DNA from: Chiloscyllium plagiosum | Taxonomy: Eukaryota | Reading direction: 5' to 3' | DNA length: 61,769 nucleotides | Assembly: GCF_004010195.1 (NCBI RefSeq) | Contig: NC_057746.1 | Location: forward strand, 18,605,103 to 18,666,871 | Shown here: piece after piece, positions 48,624-61,769 of the stretch | Position numbering within the stretch: the stretch's first letter is position 1 | Layout of the letters: every line of letters starts with the position of its first letter | Made by a program: the position numbers and the translations under genes | Notes under the pieces: generated by a model | Told to the model about the DNA's origin: nothing | The model's database searches: none | Seen by the model: the letters and a program-made list of their open reading frames with translations, nothing else

Positions 48624-50178
48624 GTAAGTGTCTCTTTCCAACTTTGATCCTCCTTTACAAGTTATTCCCCTGATGACCATGGGAGAACCACCCCTAGGCC
48701 GGATGCAGCTGGGTTGAAGGGTGCAATGCTTGCTTTGGATTTTAGGCATCGCATACTGAAATGGAACTTGCCTTCACCCGACATTTCAAGATCAGAGTGG
48801 TGCTGGAAAAGCACAGCCGGTCAGGCAGCATCCGAGGAGCAGGAAAATCGATGTTTCGGGCAAAAGCCCTTCATCAGGCATGAGGCTAGGAGCCTTGGGG
48901 GTGGAGAGATAAATGGGAGGGGGAGAGGGCTGGGGAGAAGGTAGCTGATATTTTCCTAATTAGCCTGCTCAGAGGTGTAATTGCACATCTCCAGGGAAGG
49001 TTAGACTCAAATTCCAGCCTCTTGGTTCAGAGTTAGGGTTACTATCACTGTGGACCAAATGATTGCAATCTTAGAACTTGCAGGTAAAATGCAATTTTCT
49101 TGAAATCATTACCCACAACGTAATATTCAGGTCACAAGAAACAAAGCAATTACATTGTTAGCATTGTGTTACCTCGTTATCAAATAATTGTCTTCATTAC
49201 TTTATGTCATTTCTGGGGGGGAAATGGCTGTCTCCTCAAGCCCTGGCAACCAATGTCATCATGAGGGTGTGTGCATTTAACTCATATCCTATACATAAGT
49301 ATAAAGGCAGTCTAATTGGACTGCCAAGTTAACTTGATCAATTAAGGTTGATGCAGCCCCAGCTTCTGATAAATGTTATCAATTGAACAGATTGGACGGT
49401 GGATATGAGGGTATAGTGGTAGGAGTAATTCAGAGACCTGAACTACTCTTTCAAAACCTTAAGGTTTGGAGTAGGAATAGGCCACTGATCCATCAAGTCT
49501 TCTTCACTAGTCAATGGTTGATCACTTAACCATCTGCTCCACCTTCCCTCCTTATTGCCATAACTCCTGATCTCTTATTGATTAAAAATATGTCCATCTC
49601 TGGCTCGCTTGTTGTCTCTCTCTGGAGACATAGGAGTCGAGCCACACTACTTGCATTTGGTCAAATCTAGTTCATAAATCAGGACAATATGTCTAGGATG
49701 AGTAAGTAATATCAACTGTATTTGGATAAGCCCAGTACAATGCTGAACAAAACAATGGACATTCACTCGGCATCTTATCAATTTTGGTCAGAATTAAATG
49801 TCACAAGGTACGTAGTTCAAATCAGATGAAACAAATCATATCTAACTGAAGGAAACAAGGTCCAGTCACAATCAATACACCATCAATAAATGAGCTGCAA
49901 TTGCGAAGCCTTGCATTTCATTAGTTACAACCTATTATCCAAAAATTAACCATTTACTCCTACTTTCCATTTTATCCCCATTCCATGCAAAATAAAATGC
50001 ATCCAATCCCAGAAGACCTAAATGCAACAACTCTTGTGTGGTGTCTCATTGAATGCATTTTAGAAGCTCCAATATATTTCATTCACTGTTTCCCCTGAAC
50101 TACTTTGCTAGCTACACCATCACAAAAACTCCACGCTTTGTCGAACACAATTTGCTTTCGTTAAGTTGATTGCCTCTG

Positions 50179-50471
50179 TGTAGTGATTGGGACCAGGTGG
50201 ATCTTACTGACTATGAAATCCTTGATTGCAGTTATTTACCTGGGTGAATCAGGGAGCCCTGGCTGGCCAGTATAAACACAGGGGTAAAAAGAAATAAACA
50301 AAAAATAAGCAGATTAAATATATATATATATATATAAATAAATAAGGAATGCAGAGAGTCTCCTGATTTCAAGGACTAACTGCAAGCTGGCTGGCCACAG
50401 CCAGTGTACTGTGCACATGTAAATAAAGTGTGAATTGGTGATGGGATACTGGCCCGTGTGGAGTGATTTCA
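50179..50471 (+). mobile_element. Probable solo LTR
   Basis: Begins TGTAGTG and ends TTTCA; internal tataaa and aataaa; TSD not clean. Confidence 0.5.
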
Positions 50472-51006
50472 ACCTGCATGAAGATATTATGATTTCCCAT
50501 ATGCCCATGGTCCGTTGAGGAGCTGGGCTTGCAATATTAGTAACATTACCCTGTCATTAAATTCCATCTGGTTCATTAAGGCAATGCTTTTCTTTTCTGA
50601 TTGACATGCCCACAGCAATGGGTTAACTCATATCCCTCTGAAATGCTCCTAACAAGCACCCAGTTCAGGGACAAATAAGGGTGGACAACAAATGCTCCCT
50701 TTGTCAGCGACTCTTGTGGTGGAAACAAAGAGCAGCAGGAAAATGATTGCAAATGGAAATGAAAGAAAACTTCATCAAAAACTTGAATTCAAACAGAAGG
50801 TGGTGGAGGCAGATGTAATAGCAACATTTAAGAGGTAGGGAGGGAGTAGAGGGATATGGTCAGTATGGAGGCAAATGCTTTTTAGTTCAGAAAGGCATTA
50901 TCTGTTGGCATAGCCTTTGTGGATCAAAGGACCTGTTCCTGTGCTGTATTATATGTTGTTAAATAATAAACAAACACAAGTGAAAGCTCTTTCTATTTTC
51001 TGACAG

Positions 51007-51122
51007 GTGGAGAAATGGAAGAAGTCGAAATCAAAAACATCAAGTTTGTTTCCTCGCCGTATGCAATCGATTTATCAAAGACCAGCGGTTACTTCATCCC
51101 AAAAGTTCCATTCACTGTGTTG
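51007..51122 (+). CDS. C4: C4-like exon 10
   Basis: gacAG|(S)GEMEEVEIKNIKFVSSPYAIDLSKTSGYFIPKVPFTVL|GTatgt, 116 nt; human C4 has GGEMEEAE..FVSSPFSLDLSKT. Confidence 0.95.
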
Positions 51123-52537
51123 GTATGTACAGCCACAGTGGCTCTGTACATAGTGTCTGATATAGTACAGACCCACATGGGTATATCCAAAACAAGGACA
51201 GAAATTACTGGGAAAACTCAGCAAAATCTGGCAGCATGTGGAGAGAAGGCAAAGTTAATGTCTTGGGTCTAGTGACCCATCTGCAGAGCTGCTAGCAACT
51301 AGGACAAGGTGGTATATATGCTGAAGGTAACGTGGGGTGGGTGGGGGAAGGAGTGAGGGGATAGGCAGTGACGCAGCCCAGAGAAAGAGAGAGAGAGAGA
51401 GAGAGAACAACAGTTAGGAAAAGAGATGGATGCTAGTACCTGTGGGAAACAAGAAAATACCAAGGAAAGGAGATGGCTTAGTGGTATAATCACTGGACTG
51501 TTATTCTAGAGACCCAGGTAATGTTGGAGGGATGTGATTTTGAATCCCACAGATGGTAGAATTTGAATGCAATAAAAATCTGGAATTGTGAGTCTGATAA
51601 TCAACAATCGTTGGGGAGCAGAGGAGGCGGACAAACCCTTCTGTTTCAATAATGCCTTTTACAAAGGGAAATCCTACGGAAACCCTACCTGGTCTCGCCT
51701 GCTTGTAACTCCAGACCCACAGCAATGTGGCTAACTGGGTGGATAACAAATGCTATCCTAGCCAATAGTGCCCAGATCCCATGAATTTAGGGAAAACAAG
51801 CTGGTAACACGTTTTAAAATACTTGTGGTCCCTACTATCAGTAATTCACTCTCACCAGCCTGTTATAATCCATCCCTTTGTCTGCTCAACAGCTGTTGTG
51901 TCTCTGGGTTCCATCTCCACCCAATTCCCCCACCCTCCTTCCTCTGTTATTTCCGCACCCAGCCTTCTTCAATCTGACTGAAGGTGTGACGCTTGCCAGT
52001 TAAGTGGCTGAGGGCTCCCTCCTGTTCTGCAGTCTGGGAGAAAGCTTTGTGTGTGAGGGTGGTGGGGACAAGATTTGAACAAGGAACTAATTCCCAGCTT
52101 AATTAGTGTTAAATAATGCTTATCCAGAAATGCTCTTGTGTTCAGCAATGTGCGTTCTTGTCCACTGCACATACCCCATTACCTCAGGTACCATTATGCT
52201 GACGTTTCCACCAGAAATGTCATTGTCATCAATCTGTCAGCAATTTGGTCAAAATCCCAGCTGCCCATATGGCCTTGCTTCAATCCTTCCACAGTAATAA
52301 TTACAGCAGGAAATCTGGATCCATCGTGTTATCAGGGTACATTTGTACATCTGCTTTAACAAAAAGTTAAATGATGAAGTATGATACTTTACAACACCAT
52401 TGTAGGGAAGGCAACATTTGCAGGTTTCATTAAAGGGATTGATGGTAGTCCAGCAATGATGGGCAAAGTACTTAGCTGGTGATCATTTAATGAGGTTGAA
52501 ACCCAGTGAGATAAATCAATAAACGATATAAATGAAA

Positions 52538-52935
52538 CACGAAACGACACGACCAGCTATCCTTAGTCACAAAACGACACGACCAGCTATCCTTAGTAGC
52601 CACACACACAGACAACAAGCAACATGAATTCGACTGGGACAACACTACTATCATAGGGCAAGCCAGACAGAGAACATCCAGGGAATTCCTAGAGGCATGG
52701 CATTCATCCACAAACTCCATCAACAAACACATCGACCTGGACCCAATATACCAACCACTACAGCGGACAGCTGAAACTGACAACCGGAAGCGGCAGGGAC
52801 AGACCACTATAAACACCGGAGGAAACATCAAAGAAGCGCTTCGCAGGAGGCTCCCAAGCACTGATGATGGCGCCGAGCCAGGGGACGAAACGTTTGCAAC
52901 AAAAACATCCAGCTCGGCGAACAGAACCACAGCAT
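52538..52935 (+). mobile_element. Penelope 3' fragment with hammerhead-like terminal repeat
   Basis: HEFDWDNTTIIGQARQRTSREFLEAWHS..SINKH; cactgatgatg...gacgaaacgttt core; 30-bp tandem duplication at its 5' junction. Confidence 0.8.
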
Positions 52936-53109
52936 AAATGGAACCTCAGGAAATGATATACCAGACCAGAAAGCAATTGCAGATAAAGGCATTGAGTGAG
53001 AATTCCAAGTCTCGCTTACAAGCTGAAAGGAGTTGGAGAGGCGAGATGTAAAGCCAAGAATAGAGCCAGGGAAAATTGGAAGCAAAAGAAAGAGGAAAAG
53101 GCCATTTTA

Positions 53110-53995
53110 GGAAGGTTGGAGGCAAGGTTGGTACGTTTGTGAATGACACCGAAATTGATGTACAGTGGACAGTGAAGAAGATTATCTAGGATTACAAAGA
53201 GATCTTAATCAACTGGGTCAATGGGCTGAGGAGTGGCAGAATGAGTTAAATTTGCATAAGTGTGAGGTATTGCATTTTGGTAAAACAAACAGGGGCAGGA
53301 TTTGATAGGACCCTGGGTAGAGTTGTAGAACAGAGAGACCTAGGGATTCAGGTACATAATTCTTTGAAGTTTGTGTCATGGGTAAACAGGGTGGTTAAGA
53401 CATTTAGCACACTTGCCTTCATTGCTCAGACCTTTGAGGTTGTACAGGACGTTGGTGTGTTCTCTTCTGGACTACTGTGTCCAGTTCTTGTCGCCATGTT
53501 ATAGGAAAGATATTATTAAGCTAGAGACGTTCAGGAAAGATTTACCAGGATGATCCTGGGAATGGAGGGTTTGAGTTATATGGAGAGATTGGGTCGGCTG
53601 GGACTTTTTCACTGGACCGTAGGAGGTTGAGAGGCGACCTAATAGAAGTTTATAAAGTTATGGCAGATATAGATAGAGTTAATGGTAGTTATGTTTTCCC
53701 TAGGATGGGGGATTTCAAGACTAGGAAGCATATTTTTAAGGTGAGAGGAGAAAGGTTTTAAAAGGACATGAGGGGCAACTCTTTTACAGAGTTCATGTGT
53801 GGCATGAACTTCCAGAGGAAGTGATGAATGCAGGTACAGTTACAACATTTAAAAGACATTTGGACAAATAATTGGATAAACATGGATAAGAAATGTTTGG
53901 CGGGATATGGGCCAAGCGCAGGCAGGTGGGAATGGTTTAGTCTGGGGACATGAAGGCTGGACCGAAGGGTTTGTTTCTGTGCTGTATGACTCTAC
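53110..53995 (+). mobile_element. CR1/HER1 3' portion
   Basis: EQRDLGIQVHNSLK and RGDLIEVYK motifs, plus tail. Confidence 0.9.
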
Positions 53996-54030
53996 GTCTC
54001 ATCCCGAATCGCTGTCCTTTTCACTTTCAG

Positions 54031-54174
54031 GCACAGGTAACATATCCTGATGGGTCTCCTGCCTCAGGCGTACCTGTGAAATTGGAAGGAAAACAGCCAC
54101 AAAATACAGAGGAGAATGGCCAGGTCATGCTAATAATGCAGTCTCCTGCGGATGCTGACACCTTTGAAATTAAG
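54031..54174 (+). CDS. C4: C4-like exon 11
   Basis: ttcAG|AQVTYPDGSPASGVPVKLEGKQPQNTEENGQVMLIMQSPADADTFEIK|GTgaga. Confidence 0.95.
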
Positions 54175-54495
54175 GTGAGAATAGACAATTCGCAAAATTG
54201 TGATCTTTAAGAATTCATGCATCAACTTGTTGCAAGTATCAGTGCGCCTTTGGAAAAGGTCGCTAACTTGGGAGTAATATCTTGAAAAATCTAGAACAGA
54301 ATCCAGAGTATCAAATGAGTAAATTGCATTGAGTAGGAAAATTCTTTCCTTCTTGATCAAATCACTGAAAAGTGCTCGGGCTCATTTCATCATAAAGTCA
54401 TGTCTGTACATCTGATTAGACAAAAGGAAGCAAGGTCAGCAATAGTCACTTGATGAGGAAAGGTGGGATAACCTGTGTCTGCCTTGTCCTGCCAG

Positions 54496-54684
54496 GTGAC
54501 AGCTGGGAATGATGCAGAAATAATGGAAGCAAAGAAAACTGTGAGAATCTACCAATCCAACAGCAAGAGCTACCTCCACGTCAATGTGCCACACGACGTA
54601 TTAGATCCAGGTAGCTCATTCTCTGCAGATCTAGCAGCGGTCACTTCAATAGGTAGTGAAAATGTCAAGTATTACTACTACATG
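54496..54684 (+). CDS. C4: C4-like exon 12
   Basis: gccAG|VTAGNDAEIMEAKKTVRIYQSNSKSYLHVNVP...NVKYYYYM|GTgagt. Confidence 0.95.
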
Positions 54685-54904
54685 GTGAGTACGTTACTGT
54701 ATCACAATTGATCCTGAACTCTATTCACACACAGATATGCACTCAATTTGGGTCCATCTTTCTTTTTCTGGGACGAGCCACAGCAGATAATATTGGCAAT
54801 GATGCAAGAATGAGGAGCAGGTTGAGGCCATTCCACACTTGGAAAACATGGATCCACAGCTAGTAAAGTGGCAGCTGCTCGAATGATGGCCTCAACTCAA
54901 CTTA

Positions 54905-55570
54905 ATAGAGCCATAGAGCATGAGCAACTCACCCGAGCTGATCAGGTTTCGCAAACTGCACTAGTCCTATTTGCCTGCATTTGGCCCAAATCCCTCTAAA
55001 CCTTTCCTATTCATGTACCTATCCAAATGTCCTTTAAATGCTGTAGTTGTACCAGCCTCTACCATTTCCTCAGACAGCTCGTTCCAAACATGCACCACCC
55101 TCTGTGTGAAAAAGTTGCCCCTCAGGTTCCTTTTAAATCTTGCCTCTCTCACCTTTAACCTATACCTTGTAGTTTTGGACTCCCCTACCCCGGGGAAAAG
55201 ACCTTAGCTAGTCACCTTATCGATATCCTTCGTGATTTTATAAAACTCTGTACGGTCATCCTTCAGCCTCTGATGCTCCAGGGAAAAATGTCCCAGTGTA
55301 TCCAACCTCTCCTTATACCTCAAACCCTTCCAGTCCGATCAACGTCCTTGCAATTTTTTTTTCTGTAACCTTTCTAATTTAACAACATCCTTCCCATAAA
55401 ATGGTGACCAGAATGACTTGCACAGCTATAATATGACATCCCAACTCCTGTACGCAATGCTCTGACCGATAAAGGCAATCAGGAGCCTTCTTCACTATCC
55501 TATCTTCACTATCCTATCCATCTGTGTACATGCACCCCTGCAGATACCTGCAGGTGTTTGTTCAACATTC
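54905..55570 (-). mobile_element. CR1/HER1 fragment
   Basis: RGNFFTQRVVHVWNEL motif. Confidence 0.85.
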
Positions 55571-56697
55571 GGGAAGGTCTTGGTTTGCTGTCTGGTCCCC
55601 ATTGCCCTAGATTTCCTTCTCGATTAAAAATCAAACTTAGCCTTAAACATCCTAAATGATCCTGCCTTCACTGCTCTCAGGGAAAGTGAATTCCACAGAT
55701 CACTGACTTAAGAAATAAAATACATTTTCTCTTAAATGGCGAATGCCTCATGTTTAAACTATCACCTAGTTTTACAGGGAAACATCTTTTCAACACTAAT
55801 CTTTAATATGTATGTTTCAGTTAAATCATGCCTTATTGTTATAAATTCCAATCAATACAGGCTTAATCTTCACTTATAAGACAAGCATCTTCTTTGAGCT
55901 GCTTCCAATAGAACTTTACCCCTTCTTTATGTGGAGTGGAAACTGTACACATTACTTCAATTACAATCTAAATAAGATTCCATGCAGTTGCATTCTGCTC
56001 TTCTTACAGAAGATCACTATGCTCCATTTGCCTTTCTAAATGTTTATTGCACCCACTTTTTATGATTTGTGTACAAGGACATTATCATAACAATCAGGCC
56101 TGTAGACAATAAACTCTTGGCCAGTATAGCTGCTATTGACTCATTTTACAATGTCGTTGCCCTTCATGATAACCGCAGCTGGTATGGGAAGTGAACCCAC
56201 ACGGTTGGCATTACTCAGGGTCGCAACCCAGCCCTCCAGTCAACCGATCCCCCTACTACACCTGGTGGACAAACCTCGAAATTACCCCAAAGCAGCAAGT
56301 TTTGTCAGGGCATGCAATGCTGGAGCACAAATTCCACATTAAAGCACCCAATTCTGCCAGTGGGGCATGTTTTGGGGCACCTCTAAGTCCTAGAGCCACA
56401 CACATGTAAGCGTGACAATTCAGCCTGGTTCGTGTCCCCGGTTTTATTAAAGCAGGGGTACGTCAAGAGGCCAATCCGAATATCTCCCATCTATGCAGAC
56501 AACTTCAAATTTACACATCTACATGCACACAGCTATCTAAAGGACACGCATAGCATACATGCACCTACACATGCAGGAGTATAAACATACATTTGGAGAC
56601 ACGTGCACACCTACACCCTTAAATGTACTCATATTCCAAAACATTCTGTGAGATTGTTGCTTATGTGGGTACAGTCTGCTGTTTTTGCTCCTGACAG

Positions 56698-56892
56698 ATC
56701 ATTAGCAAAGGCACCATCCTTAAAATGGATAGAATTCAGAAAACGGAAATCACAAAACTTTCCTTCCCACTGAGTACCACCATGGTTCCCGCGTTCCGGC
56801 TGGTCATCTACTATTACATCAATGTCGGTGGCAAAACAGAGAGGGTGGCAAATTCTGCCTGGATCGATGTTAAGGATGTCTGCGAAGGCAAG
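56698..56892 (+). CDS. C4: C4-like exon 13
   Basis: gacAG|IISKGTILKMDRIQ...MVPAFRLVIYYY...VANSAWIDVKDVCEGK|GTatgg. Confidence 0.95.
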
Positions 56893-57814
56893 GTATGGTT
56901 TTACTGATGTGATTTCGGAACGTTATGACACTGAGCTTTAACCTGAAATATTGGAACAGTCAGCCTGGGAGAAATGAGTTGCTCTGCAACTTTCTGTAAA
57001 TCAAAAATGGCCCTGCAGCCGACTATGTCTATGATGTCCATTCACCTGCCTATTGTACTGTGGCATTTTAAGTGCTCATCCAGATGCTTCTTTAATGTTG
57101 AGAGACTACTTTCCTCAACTACTCTCTCAGGCAGCACTTTCCATATTTGTACCACCGTCTGGGGTGAAGTAATTCTTTGTCATATGGTCTCTAAACCAGT
57201 TCCCCCTCACCTTAGATTCGTGCCCTCTGGTCTTAGATCCCCATCATGGGGAAGAGATTCTCATGATTCCTCTGTCTGTGCCTCAATTCTTTAGGTCACA
57301 AACTTCAGCCTCCTCTGCTCCAAGGAGAGCAAACCCAACTTGTCCGGTCTCTCCTTATAACTGAGATGTCTCATCCCAGGCAACATTCTGATTGGTGGAG
57401 AGGTGTGTGTGTGTGTGTATTTTCAGTAAGTTCACCAGGCAATATTCTGGTTAATCTCCTCTGTATCCTCTCCGGTTAAATCATCTCCTTATCTCCTTTC
57501 AACAGTATGGCGCCCAGGACTGTACACAATAATCCACTTGTGGTCTAACCAACCTTTTATACAGTTGAAACCTGCTGGGTTTCTCTGGTTTTGTGTATTT
57601 CAGATCTCCAAACATTCACAGTTCTTTTCTTTCCACACTGTTGATTCTTATGCATGTCCCCTTTTGGTGTACAAGGACGCACTTTCATAGCATTTAAGGT
57701 GTTGTGTTGAGAATTTGGATATTGGTGACCAGTGATCACAGTCAGTCACTACATACTCCAAAAATTAGCATCATCCACCATTGACTCTGGGTCCCACTTT
57801 CATGTTTGCTCCAG

Positions 57815-57967
57815 ATTACACTAAAAGGTATGACCAAGGAGTACTATAACCCGGGAGGAAAAGCTAACCTGTTTGTCGAGACTGAAGACAACGGAAACGT
57901 GTACCTTGCCATTGTTGACACCGCGATCTACATCCTCAACAACAAGAACAAGCTTACAGCAAAGAAA
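57815..57967 (+). CDS. C4: C4-like exon 14 (last exon found in the window)
   Basis: tccAG|ITLKGMTKEYYNPGGKANLFVETEDNGNVYLAIVDTAIYILNNKNKLTAKK|GTaagt. Confidence 0.95.
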
Positions 57968-59329
57968 GTAAGTGGTTTAATGCACGGAGCTTTGGGAGGA
58001 CCTAATGTTTTGTTCTGTAAAATACATCAATTTACAATAACCTCTCCCTAGTTAAAGGGAAAACTGCTACTGGCCATTTCACATCATGATTTTGCCCAAA
58101 ATATGTTCCCTTCCTTCTCAGGGAGAGCTTATAATGCAGGTTGGGCACAACAAGGAATCTCTCAATGTTTAGTTAGAATAACTAATCATTATTTACTTAG
58201 AGTACATGGTCACAAAAAGTTGTATGTTTCAATCTCAATGAAATGTGTATGCTCAGAGACTTTTCCGATAACATGCGCTTCATGTGCCATCAACACAATT
58301 TGTCCTGCCAGGACTGGATGCAGTTTAAAATGGGCTCTTGTGGTAGTGTCCCAACCTCTGGATGAAGGGGCCCAAGTTCAAATTCCACCTACTCCAGAGG
58401 TGTGTAATAACATCTCTAAACAAGATGACTGGAAAATATCTAAAACTCTGCAGTGACCAGCCATTGAAGAAACTGTACTCATTACCAACCTGAGGAAAGG
58501 TTTGGAGCATACATTGAGTACTACCAGGAGTTATGCTACCTCTACTCTAACATGACTTTGAATTGGGGATTATCTGCAGGCTGCTGGAAGTATCTGGCAA
58601 GGAAAAATGAATAACGTTTTTAAAAATGCACTGCAAGTGAAATAAAGGTTAGGATGTCATATATGGGATTATGGAAAATACGGAAGCAAATGATAAGGAC
58701 TAATACAAGAACAAGAGAGGACCATCAGTCGCTCAAGCCTGTTCAACCATACAATGAGATCACAACTGATCTGTGGGCTAACTTCATAACACACTTGAAC
58801 AATTTTAAAAATCAAGATTTGATTCCATTTGATGCAGAATGAATTAGCTTGTATGATTTTTTCTGATGAGAAAAGTTATTCATAATTACATACACAAGAG
58901 GTAGGAAGGAGAATAGACCCAATGGCTTGGTCTACAAGTCAGAAGAGTTTTGATCAGATTCACACTGCAGATCCACTTTCCATCCACTCCCTAGATCCCT
59001 TCAATCACTGATGTACTGCAAGTGCATTTATCTAAGTCTTAAATACACCCAAAGATGTAGCACTTGCAACACTCTGGTCTGGAGAATTCCAAAGAGACGT
59101 AACCATGTGAATGATGACATTTCTCCTCCTTCAGCCCAAAACATCTGCCTCAAGTCTGCTCTGAGCACTGTCGCATCGTGTCAATTTCCTGCCCTTCCCC
59201 CAATAATACCTCTTCTGTTCAATAACCATCCAATGCCATCTCAGTTGAACCTGCCTTCACCAAATGTTGAGGCATTACATTGCATTGATTAACTACTTAC
59301 TCATGCGTGAAAAAAAAGGTTTTTCTCAC

Positions 59330-60230
59330 TAAGATACTTTAAAACTGTGCCCTTTGGTTTTTGGTTTGCTTATGAGTGGGAACAGTTTCTCACTGACCGT
59401 TCTGACCAGGCTCCTCATTGTTTTGAAAATTTCTATCCACCCTCCTGCTAACCGTCTCCTCTCCAAGTAAAACAAGCCCCAATGCCTCCTAGCTTTCCTG
59501 AAGCATCTCATCCCTGGGATCATTCTTGGAATCCACTTTTGGACTCTCTCCAATGCATTTACATATTTCCTATGGTTTGGTGCCCAGAATTATATACAAT
59601 ACCACAGCTGAGGTCTGACAATCGTTTTAATGTAAGTTTACCATAACTTCCCTAATCTTGCAGTCTATGCCACTAGTAATGAAGCCAAGAATATGCTCTG
59701 CCTTATTAACAGATCTTGCTACCTGATCTGCCACCTTTATTGACATATATACACATAGACACATGCTCCAGCACACCCTTTGAAATTGTACTGTGATAAT
59801 CCCTACAAGACACTTTGGGAATCTCTAATTAATCTCCCCATGGATCTGATTGAGTATGAGCCCCCTTGGTATCAGGCAATGGCTACCCAACTGGAATTCA
59901 CCACCTGAGTCAGGGATGACTCTGCAGAACTATCTGTCCTGGGCTAGGACTAGTGGCTCAAGTAGTGGCTCTATTTTGGTGCTCAACTATAAATGATGTT
60001 TCTTTCCAGTCAGGTTTCCTGAGTTATTCCCAGTATCCTTTATTTTGTGCTGCCTCCTAGTGTTTTCACAACAATGTGCATCACCTCACACTTCTCCACA
60101 TTAAGCTCCCTCTGCCACCATTTTGCCCCACTCTACCAATGCTTTAAAACCCTTCAGTTCTATACTGTCCAACTCACAGCTTACGATTCTACCAAACTTT
60201 GTGTCATCCAGAACTTTAAAATTGATCTCA
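59330..60230 (-). mobile_element. Old CR1 fragment interrupted by a possible solo LTR (about 59792-60031)
   Basis: ERVQKWIPRMIPGM..LERRRL motif. The insert begins TGTG and ends CCCA, with gtac/gtat flanks. Confidence 0.7.
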
Positions 60231-60855
60231 AAACACCAGGGATATGGATAAGGAAAAGTGGGTTCTGTTTATCTCCCATTGAAGCCCATTCTTTGTCTGT
60301 GGATTATTCTTATTCCAATTGAGCAAGATCATTTTCTGCAGTCATCGTGGATGTTAACTACAATGATCACTGCTTCTAAATGTGTTTCCAGTACCACTTG
60401 ATCTATCTGGACCAACTCACACCCAAGGATCAGGTCCAGCAGTGTTTTCTGTGGACTGAACATATACTGCTGTTGGATATTTACCTGAACACACTTTTGC
60501 TATGCTTCCCCCACACTGCCCCTTGAAATACCACTATTCCAGTCATTGTAGAGTTAATTAATATCCCACAATATGACTTCCCTATGATGTCGCCACCTCT
60601 CAGTTATATGCTTGCAGATTTGTTCCTATATATCCTTTCCGTTAGCTGGTGGTCTGTTTATTGGACTGAGCAATGTAGTTGTACCTTTCTTAATCCTTAA
60701 CTCAACCCAAAATTAATCTGTCCTGGAACTCTCTGAAGCAATGCTGCCCTGAAACAAAACCTAGCCCATTACAACTAAGTCAAACTCAATTACACCTTGT
60801 CGAACAGACTACGCATTTAACACTGGGTGTTCAAGATGTTTGAATACTTGACTAA

Positions 60856-61769
60856 CATAGACTCATAGAGTCATAGAGATGTACAGCATGGAAACAGACC
60901 CTTCGGTCCAACTCATCCATGCCGACCAGATGTCCCAACCCAATCTAGTCCCATTTGCCAGCACTGTGCCAGTATCTCTTTAAATCCTTCCTATTCATAT
61001 ACCCATCCAGATGCCTTTTAAATTCTGTAATTGTACCAGCCTCCACCACTTCCTCTGGCAGCTAATTCCATACACACACCATCACCTGTGTGAGAAAGTT
61101 GCCCCTTAAGTCTTTTTTATATCTTACCCTAAACCTATGCCCTCTAGTTCTGGACTCCCCCACCCCAGGGAAGAAAATTTGTCTATTCATCCTATCCATG
61201 CCCCTCATGATTTTATAAACCTCAGCCTCCGACGCTCCAGGGAAAACAGCCCCAGCCTATTCAACCTCTCCCTTTAGCTCAAATCCTCCAACCCTGGCAA
61301 CATCCTTGTAAATCATTTCTGATCCCTTTCAAGTTTCACAACATCCTTCTGGTAGAAGAAGAAGTCCAGAATTGCACGCAATATTCCAACAGTGGCCTAA
61401 CCAATGTCCTGTACAGCCACAGCATGACCTCTCAACTCCTGTACTCAATACTCTGACCAATAAAGGAAAGCATACCAAATGCCTTCTTCACTATCCTATC
61501 TACCTGTGACTCCACTTTCAAGGAGCTATGAACCTGCACTCCAAGATGTCTTTGTTCAGCAAGACTCCCTAGGACCTTACCATTAAGTGTATAAGTCCTG
61601 CTAAGATTTGCTTTCCCAAAATGCAGCACCTCGCATTTATCTGTATTAAACTCATCTGCCACTTCTCAGCTCATTGGCCCATCTGGTCCAGATCCTGTTG
61701 TAATCTGAGGTAACCCTCTTCGCTGTCCACTACACCTCCAATTTTGGTGTCATCTGCAAACTTACTAAC
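60856..61769 (-). mobile_element. CR1/HER1 LINE 3' portion running off the window
   Basis: SKFADDTK, EFNTDKCEVLHFGK and LGVQVHSSLK motifs; (catagagt)n tail. Confidence 0.92.

Noticed and set aside
57968-61769. C4 exon 15 and later (DLGC..GGG, beta-alpha junction, thioester)
   Set aside because: Not found; presumably beyond the window, so thioester status cannot be assessed.

Overview
Vertebrate genomic DNA from a cartilaginous fish (shark), judged from abundant HE1-type SINEs and CR1/HER1 LINEs, with two N gaps (14054-14622, 21926-22425). The right half holds exons 2-14 of a plus-strand complement C4-like gene (31970-57967), all with canonical GT-AG sites and consistent phases; the gene continues past the window. 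The left end holds an intact minus-strand VJ-type Ig V exon (308-649) that closely resembles NKp30/NCR3 and is missed by the ORF track. Between them lie a decayed leader+V pseudogene (about 17095-17644), duplicated exon-like remnants, a 230-bp inverted repeat pair and a perfectly homogeneous 5.9-kb 42-bp satellite. This suggests an MHC class III-like segment with NCR3 and C4 head-to-head about 31 kb apart. Intergenic and intronic DNA is dense in CR1, Tx1/L1, Penelope and SINE copies. Several short Penelope-related elements carry minimal hammerhead ribozyme cores and inserted as palindromes with target-site duplications (TSDs). All family assignments come from manual translation and recalled homologue sequences, not database searches.
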